A stretch of 64,000 nt of DNA. Origin: Meiothermus sp. (GTDB lineage: Bacteria; Deinococcota; Deinococci; Deinococcales; Thermaceae). Location: positions 32,001-96,000 of the forward strand of contig JANRLD010000007.1 of NCBI GenBank assembly GCA_033762915.1. Direction: 5' to 3'. A model generated the notes under the pieces. It saw only the letters and a list, made by a program, of their open reading frames with translations, was not told the origin of the DNA and ran no database searches. The position numbers and the translations under genes are program-made. This document shows positions 61,726 to 64,000 of this stretch, piece after piece. Every line of letters starts with the position of its first letter. The first letter of the stretch is position 1.

Positions 61726-63030
61726 ATGCACGACCTGCTGATCCGAAATGCCACCCTGCTCGAGCTCGAGCCGCCTCGAGTGCTCTCCGGCCAGTCTGTT
61801 GCCATCACGGGGGGGCGCATCAGCGGCGTGGGGCCGGAGCCGGGTGAGTCCAGGGCCGTCCTCGACGCCGGTGGCAAACTGCTGCTGCCGGGGTTCATCA
61901 ACGCCCATGCCCACAGCGCGATGGTGCTGTTCCGGGGGGCAGTGGAAGACGTTACGCCGGAGGTCTGGTTTAACGACCACATCTGGCGGATGGAGACCAA
62001 CCTGACCCCCGAGGACGTCTACTGGGGCGCGCTGTGGGCGGCGGTGGAGATGCTCGAGGGCGGCGTCACCACCGTGGCCGACCACTACTTTATGTCGGAA
62101 ATGGTGGCGAAGGCGTTCCTCGAGGCGGGCATCCGCGCCGATGTGGCCCCCACACTGTTTGGAAAACCCGAAGAGGTGGAGAATCTGCGGGGGATTTTTG
62201 GTGATTGGAACGGGGCAGGGGAGGGGAGGATACGGATCGCCGTCGGGCCACATTCCCCCTATTTGTGCAGCGGGGACTTTCTGAAACAGACCTTGGGCTT
62301 GGCCCAGGAGTTGAACACCTACCTGCACCTGCATGTTTCCGAGACCGCCCGCCAGGTTGAGATGAGCCTCGAGGCCCACCGCCTCACCCCACCCGCCTAT
62401 CTGCACGCTCTGGGCTTGACGGAGTCGCCCCTGCTGTTCGCCCATGCGGCCCACGCCACCCCGGCCGATGTGGAGCTAATGTCCCAGCACACAATCGGGG
62501 TAGCCCACTGCCCCAAAACATTCCTAAAGTTAGCCTCGGGGATTGCCCCCGTGGTGGCCATGCAGACTGCTGGAATCCCGGTCGGGTTGGGCAGCGACGG
62601 GGCGGCCAGCAACAACACCATGGACATGCTTGAGCAGTTGCGGCTCGCCGCGATGCTACAAAAGCACGAGCTGCGCGACGCCACCGCCCTGCCCCGGCAC
62701 CAGGCCGCCGCCATGCTGAGCCGGGAAGGGGCCAGAGCCCTGTTCCGGGGCCACGAGCTGGGGCAAATCCGCGAGGGCTACCTGGCCGATCTGGTGCTAA
62801 TCGACCTCGAGAACGCCCACAACCAGCCCGTTCACGATGCCCTGGCCGCGCTGGTGTACAGCGCCCGGGCTTCCGATGTCGAAACCGTGATTGTCAACGG
62901 CAAGGTGGTGATGCAGGGGCGCGAGCTGAGGACGGTCGACCGGACTCGAGTGCTCCACGAAGTCCGCCAGCGTGCCCCCCGGCTGGTGCGCAAGGACACT
63001 ACCGCCAAGCTGGTGGACTACCCTACTTGA
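61726..63030 (+). CDS. Amidohydrolase (MTA/SAH deaminase-like)
   Basis: PGFINAHAH, HLHVSET, AHCP, GLGSDGAASNN. Confidence 0.9.
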   Translation: MHDLLIRNATLLELEPPRVLSGQSVAITGGRISGVGPEPGESRAVLDAGGKLLLPGFINAHAHSAMVLFRGAVEDVTPEVWFNDHIWRMETNLTPEDVYWGALWAAVEMLEGGVTTVADHYFMSEMVAKAFLEAGIRADVAPTLFGKPEEVENLRGIFGDWNGAGEGRIRIAVGPHSPYLCSGDFLKQTLGLAQELNTYLHLHVSETARQVEMSLEAHRLTPPAYLHALGLTESPLLFAHAAHATPADVELMSQHTIGVAHCPKTFLKLASGIAPVVAMQTAGIPVGLGSDGAASNNTMDMLEQLRLAAMLQKHELRDATALPRHQAAAMLSREGARALFRGHELGQIREGYLADLVLIDLENAHNQPVHDALAALVYSARASDVETVIVNGKVVMQGRELRTVDRTRVLHEVRQRAPRLVRKDTTAKLVDYPT

Positions 63031-63170
63031 GGGGGAACGGGAACCCGCCCGGCCAGGTTGTTTGGCTGAGCGAACCGCAGCACGGAGCGTTGGACGCCAA
63101 AACGAGCTGGACGCGGTTCTACATCTGACCGCCTCCACCGTAGAAGCACAAGAACCCGCCCCGGAAGGTA

Positions 63171-63233
63171 TAGAGCGGTTCCCACTACCCACGGCTAAAC
63201 ACCGCCGCGCCGAGTATTCTTGGAACCGCTCTA
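63171..63233. mobile_element. MITE-like repeat family B, minimal 63-bp copy
   Basis: 12-bp perfect IR TAGAGCGGTTCC/GGAACCGCTCTA; right end supplies the TAG of the DinB-like gene. Confidence 0.7.
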
Positions 63234-63710
63234 GACCAGTTTGATCAGCTGCCGGATCGCGCCCAGGTGGTAGCAGACGTGGGCCAGTGCTCCCGCCATG
63301 CCCCCCGCCGCATCCTCGTCCCAGGTCTGGGTGGTTTTGGCGAGGTTGACCAGATCGGCATACGCGGTTTTGACTCTCTCGTGCAGCCTGGCCCACTCGG
63401 CCTCGTCTACCCTCGAGGGATTGAAACTCCCCGGCCAGTCGAAGGGGCCGCGGTCTCCGGCGTTGTACCGCACGATCACTTCCATGTGGTAGGCGGTGTG
63501 GGCGGCGTGGGAGGCCACGCTCTGCCCCAGCGCGGTGGGCCTCGAGGCTGCCGCTGCGCCGAGCCCCTCCAGGGTCGCGAGCAGCCCTTTGTTGCCCGAG
63601 CCGTCGGCGCTGGTTCCGTCCAAGAAGGCCGTGCCCTGCCCTGGCAGGCCGCCCTCCACTGCCTCGCGCAGCACGAATAGCCAGCCGTTCACGAAGACTT
63701 GATCGCCCAT
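63231..63710 (-). CDS. DinB superfamily protein
   Basis: SVASHAAH, DWPGSF, AHVCYHLGAIRQ. Confidence 0.8.
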   Translation of the reverse strand: MGDQVFVNGWLFVLREAVEGGLPGQGTAFLDGTSADGSGNKGLLATLEGLGAAAASRPTALGQSVASHAAHTAYHMEVIVRYNAGDRGPFDWPGSFNPSRVDEAEWARLHERVKTAYADLVNLAKTTQTWDEDAAGGMAGALAHVCYHLGAIRQLIKLV

Positions 63711-63938
63711 TCCCCGACCTTACCCCATACTCCTGTACGTTACGTGAAGCATCCCCCAGCCCGCCCCAAGAAGCGCACCGGCCAGTTTCTCGCCTCGGAT
63801 TTGGCGCGTGTGCGGCGGCATGGAGGCCGGGCGTTAATGGGAATTGTGGCTAAACTGTCAAGCCGAAGTAACCCAAGTTTAATCCCCCATAAGGGGGTTT
63901 TCGGGGGCATGAAGGCGCGGCTACCGTACATCTGTCTT

Positions 63939-64000
63939 ATGCGTCTTCCTCGTGGGTTTACCGTTCCAGAAGTACTGATGTCGACCGTCATTGTGGGAGT
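63939..64000 (+). CDS. Type IV pilin-like gene, 5' part (truncated by window edge)
   Basis: MRLPRG|FTVPEVLMSTVIVG prepilin motif; alternative in-frame ATG at 63909. Confidence 0.7.
   Translation, partial: MRLPRGFTVPEVLMSTVIVG

Overview
High-GC chromosomal window that most likely comes from a Thermaceae (Meiothermus-group, Deinococcota) bacterium. This is inferred from the fused-dimer HspR, the Thermus-type minor pilin/ComZ locus, carotenoid genes and leaderless TANNNT promoters. Core genes include rnr, ppsA, ppc, pheS/pheT, trmH, dprA, tRNA-Gln(CTG), osmC, hspR and sbtA/sbtB. Accessory elements are: (i) a TPR-GGDEF diguanylate cyclase transcribed divergently from a 52-aa Sec-signal peptide ending in GWGGWGG, a candidate RRNPP-like peptide-sensing c-di-GMP system and the most novel-looking feature; (ii) a ppsA / group 3b [NiFe]-hydrogenase / cNMP-binding protein / Na,K-ATPase-like P-type pump / two TrkA / degenerate archease island; (iii) an AT-richer NACHT-HEAT (NLR-like) gene; (iv) a minor pilin-ComZ cluster plus a second pilin cut by the window edge; (v) several families of small non-coding repeats, including MITE-like elements whose ends coincide with stop codons and a nested 101-bp MITE with a 6-bp target duplication and an empty-site allele in the same window. 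The palindrome CTCGAG is strongly over-represented throughout. No CRISPR array, rRNA, integrase or intact transposase was seen. All calls come from motif recognition by eye; no database searches were run.
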